64,000 nucleotides of DNA, taken from contig NC_045697.1 of NCBI RefSeq assembly GCF_009834535.1, positions 14,510,001 to 14,574,000 on the forward strand, read 5' to 3'. Shown piece after piece: positions 1 to 12,900 of the stretch. This stretch comes from Camelus ferus (taxonomy: Eukaryota). A model generated the notes under the pieces. It was not told the origin of the DNA, made no database searches, and worked only from the letters and a program-made list of their open reading frames with translations. Position 1 is the first letter of the stretch. Each line of letters opens with the position of its first letter. The position numbers and the translations under genes were made by a program.

Positions 1-3000
1 AAATTGACAGCTTACAGTAAAGATTTTGTCAAGAAGGGCCATCTGTGGATTTTTGCCCTTGTCTCTCAGCTGAATTGTTCCAGAAGTATAATTGGTACCT
101 CTGCTTCCACTCTCTTACCCGTGGACTCATCTTCACCTACTCCAAGACTGGCCCACCCAAAACACTGGGCTGCCATACTGTTCATTGCTCCCCCAAAGTT
201 GAAGACTTCGTGTCAATGGCTCTTCATGGGTGATGGAACAAGTACCTCCTCTCAGCATTGCACCCCAGGGGCCCCTTCAGCCACATTCATTTCAACATTC
301 TGATGCCCATGTGCTACAAGCCGCTGCGCTTCTCCACGAAAAGTACCCTCTGTCAGGGCTCAGAGTCACAATTCAAGCTCTTTGCTCAGCCTAGAATATT
401 ATTTCCCCATTCTGCCATCTGGGAACTCCTTACACCGTTAAGTCCTGTACAACTGTTTGTTTTTTTTTTCTCCATGAAGCCTTCCCTCGAGCCCTTTCCA
501 GAATGTTCCACACCATCTGTGCCTCTACAGGCCATTTCTGGGCTTATGCTCAGTGGTTAATCTGTCTCACTTGGTAATTAGTTTCCATTTCTAGAATGTA
601 AGCTTCCTGAGGGCACATTCCTTTAATGTTCATCTTGTCCCTTCCCACCATCCCGGTCAATGCCTAACAGAGGACCCCGCACACATTTTGAATCCAATAA
701 GACACAGATTACATGCAAAACTGTGAAATGATGAGATTAATCTTGTGCGTGTTCTTCATCATTCCCTTTATTAATGAGTGGGTATTTGTAAAACCTCAAA
801 TCATTATATTAAAATCCCATTAGTCATTTTAATCCTCTTTACAAATTGCTTTTGCTTCCCGAACCTTGAATTTCAACTAAAAGAGAATTATTTTTTAAAA
901 TAAGGCTTTATCAAAATCAGAATCTAATCTAAGTGAGAGCAGAAATGTTTCTCTTTACCCTTTTCTATCTGTGGCTAATTCTCAATGGCCCTTGTAGACG
1001 GTAATAATAAGGTAACACTGCTTTGCCCTGACCCTAATACAGACACGCTCATTCAAACAGACTCAGACTACTTTCTAAGTTAATCAATGCAGAGAGTCAT
1101 ATTAGAGAAAGTGCTCTACAGTGGCACCAGTGAAGAATCACTGCCCTCTGAAGACAGTATAAAAGTTCAGTGTTGCCTAAAAGAAGCTCACAATTCTGCT
1201 CTGGGCCTCATCTTTACTTCTTTACCAAAAAGAAAGGCTAATTCTCTGGCCTTTCTCTCGGCCATATTTTCTAAGTGGTGCCATTTCAGGGAAATGTTTT
1301 GCAATCTACATTGGAATAGCCCTTTTTGGCCTTTTTATCATTTGCAGGTACAAAGGATGAAGGACTTGATGATCTGATATTTTATGGCTTGCTCTGTAAA
1401 TGATTTTTTTCTTATACTTCCACTTGGCTGGTGATCAAAAAGTCTAAGTTCTGTTTCTGCTTGGACACTGTCACAGTCTGAGAAAACATAGATAGGAGGC
1501 CGAGGCTAGAATTCCCATGATTTTATCGGGTCCCATTGTTGGATTCTACTCAGACTAGCTATTCATGGACATTGAATATGTTACAGATGGTCAAAACTTG
1601 GTGCAAATCTGAGAAGGAAAGGGGCTCAGGAGACCACTTGGTTTGCTTTTGTTCTAACCCTGAGTCTCACGTGTGATAAAGCTGGTAGTCTGGCTTAGCT
1701 TGCTCACATGCCATGCTTGGGTCCTACACTTGGGTTGGGATCAAAGCCTTCCAGAAGCTGTGTAGGATACTGTGTAATCTTATTTCCTATGAATGTATTT
1801 CCCTCAGCTATCTCATAGGATGTTAGTAGACAGTTCAGGAATTCAGGAAGTTTTCCATCTATGTTTTCATTAACTCTCTTTCCCAATATTAGGGACGAGA
1901 AATAAATGAAAAGTGTGTTGCGATAGGAAAAGCACTTATGGGATTCACAGTCTTTGCATTTGGTGCTGTCTCTGCTCCCAGTTAGTGCTGTTCTGATAAG
2001 TCAGTTACCATCTCTGGGTTGCAGTTGTCTCCTATGTAAAATGAGACAGTTGGACTAGATCAGCTTTTTTAAACATATACTTCAGAACAAAAATGTGTTT
2101 TTCCCCATTTTTCTACTTGTCAAGTATTTATACCACATGCATGGTGGTAACCTGTATCTTTGTATTTTAGCACAACCAAGGCTTACACACTGAATCAAAC
2201 TTGGTAACTCTGCTTCCAATTTCTTACCTCTGGACTCATCTTCATCTACTCCAAGACAAGCTCATTGGACATTTTACATAACTTCTCTAAACGTACAGGC
2301 ACAAGGCACACCACCTGTATATGTGTGTGTATGGAGACAGAGGTTCATATATGGTCATGGAGATTATCTGGATATGAACATGGATACCTGTCCCAAGAAA
2401 GACATTTCAGACTAGCTGAAAATTCTGTGATTTGAGTTGGGGCAATTAGGTTTACAATTCTACTTTTTGTATTGTTGGAACTCAAATTTGAAGGTGTCTG
2501 AAAATCTTCAACTTTAACTGACATAAGATAGAACTTAGAGAATAAAAGCTGAGTCATTTGCAGAGGTCTTTGGCAAACTTGGGACATTTGACTTTAAACA
2601 TTACCAACACTGGCAATAAAAGAATCATGTGCTCTCCTAGGGCCATGAAGGTTGACTTTCTCAAATATCCCCATGGTGGTTATTCTTTAGAGACTGCTTC
2701 AGCTAGCTTTGAAATCAAGCCATCTTGAAGATAGTGCACTAAAGTGGGGGGCTATGGTTCAACCAAGTCCAGAGAATAAAAACTAATTTGGAGAAAAAAT
2801 GAAACAGAGGCAAACTATTCAAGAGAAACCAAAATGATCTTATCTGTGTTTTGTTAAGACACCAATGGTGCATGAAGGCAGAAATTTCAAAACAATGTAA
2901 AATTGTGTAGAAGTTGAAGAAATTTGTTTATATATTGTTTTCCTTCCAGGAAAAATGTAGGGTTAAATGAAATTACTCCCACAGTTAAATAAAATTACTG

Positions 3001-4320
3001 TGTGATATGAGAAAAAGAAGAAACTATCTTCTGAGATTTTACTTAATCCTATTACAATATTATTCTTACATGTGCCTCAGCAGAACTTGTCACAGATTGA
3101 GGATACTTTTAAAAAAGATACAAAGATTGGATGAGGACTTCTGATGTTCTCATACTGGTCTAAACAGTAGAACATAATGAACTCATTTTTAGAAACCAGA
3201 ACTTACTGGAAGTAAGATACACTGACCATTATTAACGTATTAACAGAAACAACCTGTATATTGGATGTAGTTTGGGGTCATGTCATAGCTATCAGGTCCT
3301 AGCCCCTTAACTCTGTTAGAAAGATTAGAAGCACGGGTAGGCAGGCTTAAATATTTTCATCATCTTTCTACATTACACACAAAGTGAGAAGTAAATATTC
3401 ATAAAGAACTTGGCAGTAAGAGATCATATCCTTATCCAGAATGAATACTAGCAAGTGTCTCAGGAAATCCATTCTTTCACTTGAGAAGAAAGGAGAGCTT
3501 GGATATAGAATTGATATCAAATAATTAGGGTTTAAATAATTCAAAGCATGCTATTTCAGTAGAAAAAATATTTCATTATGTGTGTATACACATATATATC
3601 AAGCTATTAAAGGAAATTTAATCAATTTTTTAAAACTCTCTAATCTTTGAATAATAGAATTGATTTGGGTAGTAAAATTTATATTAGACAGATAAAATAC
3701 TGGTAACAGTAATGCTGTCTTATGCTTATATGGGTTTCCACTCAAGATAAATGAACAGAGTGGCTCATTGGGAAATGTATATTAAACACTTTTGCAAATT
3801 AAGTGTTCAAAGCACATTTTTGCTAAGCATTCATCAACTCAAATTTAAATCAAAAGTTTATCCATTATATGTCATAATCAATAACCCAGCTCCACCCCCG
3901 CACCTCCTAACTAATGAGGCAGGCACATATTCCCCTTACAAGTCAGGGTCCCCCTCCAGAGGATGGAATTACTAATGGCACTAAGGCGTGGTAGCCAACA
4001 TGAAACTTGACAAGCAAAACAGCACTCTGTAATATCCCTCCATGGCATAGAAACCTAACTTCCCGCCTTGAAAATGTGTTTAACCCATATCACCTCAAAC
4101 AGGCTTCAAATAGAAAGAGAAAAGCACAATATCCCTTCCTTCCCAATGTCAAATATCTGAGTAAACAGCAATGAACTGCCCCGTGCTAGACGGCTCCACG
4201 TCAAGCATGCATATTTTAAAACTTTTACTTTGCGTGTTAAGCCTCCTCAACTTCTACAGCGTCTGTATCCGGTTCTGAACCAGACCTGACCAACGGCACA
4301 GATGGGAGCGACCACTTTAC
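1..4320 (-). other. KCNIP4: KCNIP4 intron downstream of the alternative first exon
   Basis: Begins with the GTAAAG donor. No downstream KCNIP4 core exon (DSVEDELEM..., EF hands) is recognisable in the window. Confidence 0.8.
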
Positions 4321-4432
4321 CTTCCGAAAAATCAATCAGTCCCAGCAAATGAAGCAGCTTCAGAGACGCACATATAATCACAACAATACCCACTGTCTGC
4401 AGTCCTTCCGACTCCCACTCGAGAGTCAACAT
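4321..4432 (-). CDS. KCNIP4: Alternative first coding exon of Kv channel-interacting protein 4 (KChIP4e-type hydrophobic N-terminus), 37 codons + 1 nt
   Basis: ATG at 4432-4430 (A at -3) reads MLTLEWESEGLQTVGIVVIICASLKLLHLLGLIDFSE, which I recognise as a KCNIP4 alternative N-terminus, similar to the KChIP4a KIS segment. The exon ends at GAAG|GTAAAG (donor GT at 4320-4319) in phase 1, which fits joining to the common D-SVEDELEM exon. Confidence 0.9.
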
Positions 4433-4469
4433 CCTTCAGGCTGGTAGCGCATCCCAGCCTCCGAACCCC

Positions 4470-5150
4470 TTCGGAGTGGAGGGAGTTAATTAGAATCCGA
4501 GCAATATCTGGCTTGGAAGAAAGACTCGCGAGGGGGAAAAGTGAGCAGCTCCTCGAAGATGTACCGGGCAAAGCAGTGGCTCCCCGGGGCGAGGACCGAC
4601 CCGGGCTGAAGTCCAGGCTCTCATACTGATGCTGCCATTTGCCCGGTGGGGGTCCCTCAACCGCAGCGCGCCGACCTCGGCACTCTGCGCTGCAGCCAGC
4701 GAGTACTCGGACTTAGAGCTGCGGGGGAAACATCTGTTGGAGAACTGGAGACTTTGCTGTGTCCGTGGAGAGGAGGGACACTCCCAGGAAACTTGCCCTG
4801 GAGAGCACAGCGGCGCTCGGCGCGCTGACAACGCAACCCCGGGCTCGGCAGTGCGGTCTGCGGGCTAGTTTGCAGCCTGGGAAGCTCGCGAATGTCCCCT
4901 TTTTGCCACAGCAGCCGCGCTCTCCTCCCAGAGCCTGCTCCGCGAAACAGCTCAACCTGCTCGCTCTCGGGATGCTAGGGAAAAATCAATTTTGGTGGCT
5001 GGTGCCTATCGCGCCTTTAAAAACGCCTCTGTGGAAGCCCATAGGCAGCTTTTCTAGGGAGAAAAGTGCAGAAGCAAAATATCCGTGATGCAATGGCTTT
5101 TTCAAGCGGGAGCATCCAAGCCATCGCCCACCTGCCGCTCCACTGGGGCT
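4470..5150 (-). promoter_or_regulatory. KCNIP4: CpG-island-like alternative promoter and 5'UTR of the KCNIP4 exon
   Basis: Sharp rise in GC and CpG density immediately 5' (minus strand) of the ATG, in an otherwise CpG-depleted window. TATA-like TTTTAAAG on the minus strand near 5016-5023. The TSS cannot be determined from sequence. Confidence 0.75.
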
Positions 5151-5914
5151 GTTCTGGTTCCCACTGGTACATGATTGAGAGCATTATTAGGGAGATTGAT
5201 TTAGTCCTTATATTTACAAACATGGAAGGAGGGTGGGGCAGAGCCAGTCCTTGTAAGAACATTGCTGTTCAGTAACTGCCCCCTGGAGGGTGAGCGGTAC
5301 TAATACCCTTAAATTCTTGCTTCAGCCTGTCTCAAAACAAAGTTTCACAAACTTCCCTGATGATAAAAATCACCCGGGGTGCTTGTTAAAAACACTCTTT
5401 TGTGGACAGTCTGATTCAGAGGATTCTGGAGTTTTTATTCTTAAACTAGAAGGTTCTTATCAGGAAAGCATGGATGGCGCTGTTCTGAAAGATCGCAGGG
5501 GGCGTTCAGTTCAGAACCAAATGGAGCAGCCTGGGCCGCCTTGCTGGAACGGTCACGGATTCTGGGCTATGCCAGGATCACGCTGGCTTAATTACTCTGC
5601 CAGTTGTCTCTGCTGTGCTGAAGCCCAACCCAAGAGTGGCGCTGAAAACCATCAACTAGGACCCTGTATGCAAAGGGATTTTTAGTCTCTGGAATTCACT
5701 AAAAAACATAAGGGCTTACGAGTAATGTCTGAGACCCCACTGGGTACTTCCTGGTTCTGCTACTTCCTTGCTGTGCTATTTTTCTTTTTTTTTCTTTTTT
5801 GAGAGACAGTTAACCGTTCTGAAAACAGTTCTTCCTTTGTGAAATTGTGATTATGCTTCAATGCTTTAATTAAAGGTCTCCATCTGAAGGGAATTCTAGG
5901 AACTAAGAGTGGTT

Positions 5915-6080
5915 GTCACAATAGTTAACATTTTCTGAGCACTTACCAAGTGCTCATCAATGTTAGAGTGATTTATCAACAATTAACTTACTCCCACAGC
6001 TCTGTGTGATAGGAATTATGGTCATCTTCATTTTATAAGAGAGGAAACTGAAGCACAAAGAGGTCAATTTGTCAAAGCTG
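5915..6080 (-). mobile_element. MIR SINE, representative of many degraded copies (also about 6.4, 7.1, 8.9, 18.0, 23.5, 33.8, 55.0 and 63.8 kb)
   Basis: MIR core CATTTTATAAGAGAGGAAACTGAAGCACAAAGAGGT. Confidence 0.7.
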
Positions 6081-9053
6081 CTGCCACAGTGCTTGGTAGG
6101 CATTGAAAATTCATTCTTTCATTCAGTTATCCTCTAACATTTATTATGATAAAATGGGAAATAGTGTTCAAACCTATCCTTTAGGGAGTTATAGGTTAAT
6201 AAAGGAGGCAGGCATGAATTCGAATGTGACCAATAAATGCACCAGCACTTGAGTAGATGTCTTTGAGGGTACAGTGGAAGCACAAGAAGGGAAAGTCAGC
6301 TCCACCTGGGGAAAGGTGGGTGGTGGCAACGGGAAGGAGACCTCATAGAGGTGACCATCAGTAATGGTAGCTGGCATTGTCAGTAGGACTACTATGTCAT
6401 ACACAGGTTTCAGGGCAGGTAGACTTGGGGTAAGTCCTGGTTCTGTCAATTGCTTGTTTTGTGAGCTAGGGAAACCACTCCATCTCTGATTCTCATTTTT
6501 CTAAACTCAAGATGGGAATGCAGCTGCCTTCTTCTCACGGTAGATGTGAGAGGTAACTGAGATTGTGGAGGGCCGAGCCCAGTCCCGGGTGTTGCCCTGC
6601 TCGGCACAGGGTAGTTTTGGGATCATGACAGAGGCTCTGCTGAGTCTAGAAGGATGATGTGACTTTGCTCTTCTCTAGTCCTGCTACTCCTCCCTGCTCC
6701 CAGATCTCATTCCAGTCTTCTCCCCATGAAGATTTCCTTAATACCCAAGCCCACAGGGCTATTTTTCTCCTCTGGACACCAGGAATATACTTAGGTCATC
6801 AAGTTGGCTCTTAAAATGGTGCTTTTCATTTTGGATAATATGTTTATGGGAGACATCTTTCTATCAATCTGCCCATGCATCTATCCATCTAAACATGTTG
6901 TTTTCAGCTGTGTTACCTAGCCAACGATGAGGAAGCAGTTCTCAGTAGTTCATGGGGAAATAAATGTTTCAAGTAACCATTCTCTGAAATCCCCATCAAC
7001 ATATAGCTATAGGAAGTCAAAAGTTAAAAAAAAAAAGTTACAGAAATGAATTAGGTCAGGTCTACTGTGACTGTCTTTTTTTAATCCTACACAATACCAT
7101 ATTATTGAAAACAACTATGGTACAGAGAGGTTAAGTGACCTGGCCAAGGTCATGCAGTGAGAAAGTAATAAATAGATCCAGATTTCAAACATCCCTTTGT
7201 CTGACTCCCAGATTTATTCTTCTCCCTTTATGCTTCTCAGCAGATTTCAGCAAATATTTGTAAACTGAACTTTTGATTTATAGAGTTAAGGCAAAGTATT
7301 TTAAAATTGCCACATCCCATTTTCCAGGAAAGAAATCCCGACCATCCTTGAAAATCACATAAAGACCCAAGGATATGATTTTATTGATTCCAGGCAGAAC
7401 AATGGGATTCTCAGTGTAGGATCCACCAGCTGAAGAGTCCTGAGACGAGCCCTTTCCTGTCTACATTAGCTACCTTTACCACTTGGTTTTCTGAGCTCCT
7501 CCTGGTGGCTCCAGCTATAAGATCTTCCAGCTCTCAAAGAACAACATGGGCTCTCTCATGTGCAGACCCCAGAGTAGGATTTTGTAAGGTAATAACACCA
7601 TCAAAGAAATTCATACTTCATCTGAGAAGTCTAGGGGAATGGGGAACACCTGGACAAGAGTGTTTTCCTAGGGGCGTTTTGGGAAAGAATAATTGGCTGA
7701 ATATTATTTTTTAAAAAAAAACTTTCTGTTTAGGCTCTATCATTTTTTGCAGTCATTCGCTAGCCCCAACCCAGTTTGTTATATTAAAATATGCTCTGAT
7801 TTTCTCCTCATTCCCAGGCTCACCCCCTTCTTTACATGTTAAGGGGTGTCCAGCAAAAGGAAAGAAATATCAAAGGAATAAGCTACCCCTTCACTCCTGC
7901 TCACTCTAAGCCAGGCACCATGCTATGTGCTTTACATGTACAAATTCATTTAAACTTACCGCAAACCAGACTTGGATGCTGCTATTCCTTGTTTAAAGAA
8001 AAATAAAAACCAAGGGCTTTTGAGATTACATTATTTCCACAAAGTCCCATTCAACAAGGGGCACAATCAGAATTTATATCTGATTTACTCCACAATAATA
8101 GCCGGTAGCATTTACGGAGAACTTATGTCAGGCACTACTCTAAAATTTTTATATGTATATTAACTGACTTAACTCTTTCTCACCAAAATGATGAAAGCTA
8201 CTCACCTCTGGTGCCCTCTTTTCTACCCCCAACCTTCATCTCCAACCAAAGTGTACCACATACCTCCATCTTGGGCTCCTCAATTACTTGGAAATATCCC
8301 TGTATGTTCTCCAGACAAACTTTCCTCTCAAACATGTCAGGACTCAAGCTATTTCACTTAGCCGTGGGGCTCATTCTGAAAGGTTAGTAAGTGCACCTGG
8401 CATGCATTTCTTTAAAATATGTATACAGTTGTCCATTAAACAATTAAACATCCAGCCTTCTGGGTTGAGTGCCCCATTGAATCCATAAGATAGTGGTAAG
8501 GGAGTACCTTCCACTTTAAGAAACTTCCAGCAACATTGCACCAATGTCTTGATGAGAGGTCTCACGTGTCTTATGATCAAAGCACGTGGAGTATATAATC
8601 TTCATATAAGCAAATTGACAGATTATTTGGAAATGCAACTAGAAAATTTTCATAAGAATACAATCTTTCCTTGTGATTTACGATTTTTATTGCCTGCTCT
8701 AATTTCCTTTTCCTGGCCTTTCTGACTTACACTGAGTGGGTTCCTGGGTTCCCCAGTTTAATAGGACATACAACTTCATCTTTGATGTCACAATCCTTTC
8801 CATGTGCTCTCTCTCTAGAAGGTGTCTGCCACATACCACTACCATGAGCTGGCTTTAGGGCAGTGATTATCAAGGATGATATAATGATGACCCTTTCTTT
8901 ATTATCTTATAATTAGGACCAAAATAATTTTGAATCCTTGTTATATGTGTATTACATAAACTATGTCATCAAATCATCACAATATCCTGATAGGATAGGT
9001 AATATGGTTAACACCATTTTAAACAGGACATCGAAATGCAAAAGCTTAAGTAA

Positions 9054-9572
9054 CGGTGGAGAAAATTTTCAAATTTTCACATACTGAGTACAGGAGAAGC
9101 CATTTTGGTTTTATGTGGTTCAGCCTGAACTTTATGTGAGCCATGTGAGTTTGCAGGGCCTGATTTATGGCCTATCAAACATACACTGTACATCTGCTTT
9201 ACTCATTAAAGGAAAGATAGTCAAATCCCATGGTAAAGAATGCTCATGTTGAAGATACAGATCATTGCTTCTCTTCCTGCGATGCCAATATTAATGCTTC
9301 TTGTCCCCTTCCCAGACACCAGGATCATTCTGCCCCATTGTGTATTGCTAATCTGTAACTGAACCTCTCCGTTGAATTTTTGGAAGAATAACCCCTTCCA
9401 TGCTTGATGTGTGTTCTTTGTTCTAGCCAGGTGTAAGACTGCTAAAAACCATGCTTCAATGGAGCAATTTCTCAGAGTGCTGAGGCTGTCTCCTGTGCTA
9501 CAGTCTTCAGCTTGGATTGAATAAAACTTTCTTAATCTTAGCTATAAACTGGTTATTGAGTTTCCATCAACA
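9054..9572 (+). repeat. 5' LTR of the ERV
   Basis: Starts CGGTGGAGA (TG mutated), ends TCAACA, has AATAAA near the 3' end, and aligns to 13248-13766. Confidence 0.9.
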
Positions 9573-9577
9573 CTGCT

Positions 9578-9595
9578 TGGCAGAGTAGACAGGAT
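9578..9595 (+). promoter_or_regulatory. Degenerate primer-binding site, tRNA-Ser-like
   Basis: TGGCAGAGTAGACAGGAT matches the tRNA-Ser PBS TGGCGTAGTCGGCAGGAT at 14/18 positions and lies 5 nt after the LTR. Confidence 0.6.
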
Positions 9596-10369
9596 GTCAG
9601 AGAAATCCACCTGAGGTCACCTGGAATCTACTTTGGACTAGCACGTGGTACCAACACAGGCTCCTGGCTTCTCAGATTTCTCCTTGTGCTTTGGTGAATT
9701 CTTCTGATATCCAGACCTCATTGCTTTGATATCTTTGACAAAATTCTGCAAATCACATTCTAAATGAAGTTCTTTTGACCTCTAGCTAACTTTGGGATGC
9801 TTCAGAGGGCCGCTACACAACTCAAAGAGAGATATTAAACTAATTAGGCTTATTTGGAAGGTTACATTATATGGGAAACATTGTCAAATGAATGGTGATG
9901 CATCTTCTTAGGTTATACTATATGGATGAATGTTATTAATATAAATGTTCTATAAATTATATAAAGTTCCTAAAATTTGAAATGTCCTGGTATGTTATCA
10001 GTCATAATTCTAGTTATTATCTTAAAATGGTGTATGTCACAGAAATAGCCAGATTTCCTAAATAACTGCATTGTAGGCAGGTCTTTAACCATGCATTTTA
10101 AGATTTTGTAATTTATAGTCATTGTCTTACTCTATAAAATGCTTATAGATGACTTGCTTTTATGCTCCAAAACTAAATTAGACTAGGTAGCAAAAGATTT
10201 CCACCATGTATGAGGACTGTTTCAGCAGCGGCTCTCATGTAAAGCTACTGAAGAAATAGTAATGCGGTCTCCTTTAACTGCTTATGCCCTTTACTCAGTT
10301 TGCTTCCAGTACCACAGGAAGAAAACAACCAGGACTGTATTTTTATTAACAGTTTATTTTCTTTCTTCT

Positions 10370-11430
10370 AGGAATAATTTACAAGAAGTTCCTATTGATA
10401 ATGCTGAACTAGTTTTATTTATAGATGGGTCCTACTTAAAGGATGACCAGGGACATTACCGAGCTGGAAATGTGATAATGTCCACAGTGAATATAATCAA
10501 AGGCTTTTATTTACCAGAAACAAAGTCAGCACAACAAGCTGAATTAATTATCTTATCTTAACCCAAGCTTGTAAACTAGCTGAAGACCAGATAGTGAATG
10601 TTTATACTGGCAATCACTATCCTTTTGGAGTGGTACATGACTTTGGAATGCTATGGAAACAATGAGATTTTTAACCTCTTCAAGAAAACCTAAAAATGGA
10701 AAACAGATTGCCAAGGTTGTTAATTGTTATTACTGCTGAAACAGTTAGCAATTACTAAAACACCAGGGCATTCCAAATCTGACACTCTGGAAGCTAAAGG
10801 AAATTAGTTTGGTGATGCTGCAGCCAAACAGGCAGCTTTAAATACTCATCCTGTCCAGCCTAGAGAATGTCTCTGTTAACCTTGCTAACCCAGTAAAAGA
10901 TTTCCTTCTACAGGCTCAAGAAATTGCCATTAAAGAAGAGAAAAATATGTGGCAACAAAAAGGGGGAATTTTTTGCCTCATCACACAAATATAATTTGGA
11001 CTTGATAAAAAGCTTATGGTGTCTGTTGGAGAACAATTGCTGTTACTCCAACACGTACATCCTTTAACTCATTTGGCATCTGAAAAAAATGGTTTTATGA
11101 GAAAACAATATTTTGGAAATCTTCACCCATACCTGTTTCAAGGGAGACATACTACATTATTTTCAGGGTCTCATTAAGGCACTTAAAAGAAATAAAAAAA
11201 ATTGGTAGCTAACTCTAGTTTTAGTGAGTTCTCAGGAGACAGAAGCCTTAAGGACTGTGGATTATAACCTGGAGATTTTGTTTACTGGAAAAAAAAAAAC
11301 CCATCAGATAAAAGATTATTTGCAGCCACAATAGAAAGGACCTTATCGGGTATTATTAATTAGTCCATGCACAGGCAAACTGAAAGGCATCCATTCATGG
11401 ATTCACATGTCTCATTTAAAAAAGGTTCCT
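10370..11430 (+). pseudogene. ERV pol remnant: RNase H plus the N- and C-terminal parts of integrase; RT and the integrase core are deleted
   Basis: LFIDGSY...SAQQAELI, VHDFGMLWKQ and GHSK...KGN motifs (RNase H). PGDFVYWK, KGPYRVLL and WIHMSHLKK motifs (integrase C-terminus). Many stops and frameshifts. Confidence 0.85.
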
Positions 11431-11559
11431 CCACCTGATTGGACTCTGGCATTGGTTTCTGATACATGTATTCAACTGACCAAGACAGGTATCCACAAAC
11501 CAGGATGAGAAGAAGACAACAGCAGAGGCACACAGCTAACCTAAGATGCCAGACCCGAC

Positions 11560-12900
11560 CCATATGCTTAATTATAATAGTTTCTTATTTGGGGAGGATT
11601 TTGCCCATGAATTAAATGTTTTTTCTGTCATAGGTACAGTCTTACGCTGATTTTAAGAACCAACTGAGTTGTTAGGTTTGTACTCAATTACTGATGTACA
11701 GCACTTCTAGCTTACTTGGTGGGTTTTTCGTCTCCAAGTCTCTGATTGGATGGCCCTTAGAAAACTTACCCTAGAAGAAAGAAGTTATAATTCTGTTCAG
11801 GCTACTATTGCTATTACTAGATGGGATTTTCTCATGTGGTCAATCAGTCATAATTGTTCTGACTTTTGGCGATAAATATGAATTCTCTCTTAATGTTACC
11901 CAAGCTTAGTCTGAACAATGAGCTAAAGTTTGGTCAAAGAACATAACTTCCCAGTTATTAGGAGGGATCCTCTCTCAGCTTTGGGATGGATTTATATGGC
12001 TAACACCAGGCTATCACTGTTTAATTTTAAGAGCTTCCCTATGTTGGGAACAACTAAATCATACTAAGGATAATCAGCCTAATGACACTAGAATATTAAG
12101 CTGTGTGCCTCACAAAAATGCTAACAATATCACTTCCCTTAAAGACAGTGATTGGTTTGGGTCAGATTGGGTTACACAACCAGGAATATACTACGTTTCA
12201 CCTAATGGAACTCGGTGACTCTGTGGTGCCAATCTGTGGCCCTGGCTTCTGCCAGGATGCATAGGAAGATGTATCCTAGGATTTCCTTCCGTTTAAGGGA
12301 ACATGCATACCAATTTAGATGTAACTCCAGCATATTTACCCTTAATGCATGCCCAGTGGACAAAAAAAAGAAAAAAATTGACATTCCATTGGCATGACCA
12401 TTTGGCAGCTACTTTTGTGCCTTTCACAGGATTGGAAGACATAAACACTCACATCAAGGCCCTAATAAAATTCATTCAACAAGCCTTGAACAATGGTAAT
12501 CAGGCCATTGGCCTACTAAATTCTTGAGATATCCATGATCAGAAAAGCAGTATAATGACACCACATGGCTCTTGACATCCCTACAGTGTCCCAAGAAGTC
12601 ACCTGTACCGTAATTCAAACTGAGTGCTATGTTTTTCTGCTGTTTTCTACCAGATGCCTCCTCTAATATAACACATTTAATGACCTACATGAAAAATCAG
12701 ACTTCTGCCTTAGGTGAACCACTTTCCAGTCTTGGTGAACTTTTAAAAAAACCAGTTTGGTTTTAGAAGCTCATGACTTAAATCTCTACTTATAACTTTA
12801 TTAATGTTATTAACTATATTATTTATAGCCTGTCTGTTTTATAGGATTGTTGTTTCTTGGATAATTACCTACTGTGTAACCAAGCCTCAGAAAAAATTAA
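11560..12900 (+). pseudogene. ERV gamma-type env remnant
   Basis: SU CWVC motif present as C*VC (11670-11681). SPNGTR.LCGANLWPWLLPGCIGRC segment. Basic cleavage site followed by a fusion-peptide-like stretch. Degenerate ISD and CX6CC (RKAV**HHMALDI...CTVIQTECYVF, about 12541-12636). Hydrophobic TM anchor at about 12780-12860. Confidence 0.85.

Noticed and set aside
4247..4320. C-terminal part of the 61-aa ORF (GKVVAPICAVG...)
   Set aside because: It is read-through past the splice donor into the intron and not part of KCNIP4.
4490..5275. Cluster of overlapping 60-113 aa ORFs on both strands
   Set aside because: Expected from stop-codon scarcity in GC-rich promoter DNA. Many start at GTG or TTG, and none has recognisable homology.
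4740..5650. REST/RE1-like half sites (CCACGGAC at about 4755, GGCGCTGT at about 5477, GGCGCTGAA at about 5638)
   Set aside because: None forms the full 21-bp RE1 with correct spacing.
11560..12900. env as a domesticated syncytin-like gene
   Set aside because: Multiple stops and frameshifts, including in the CWVC motif and ISD, and CX6CC is mutated.
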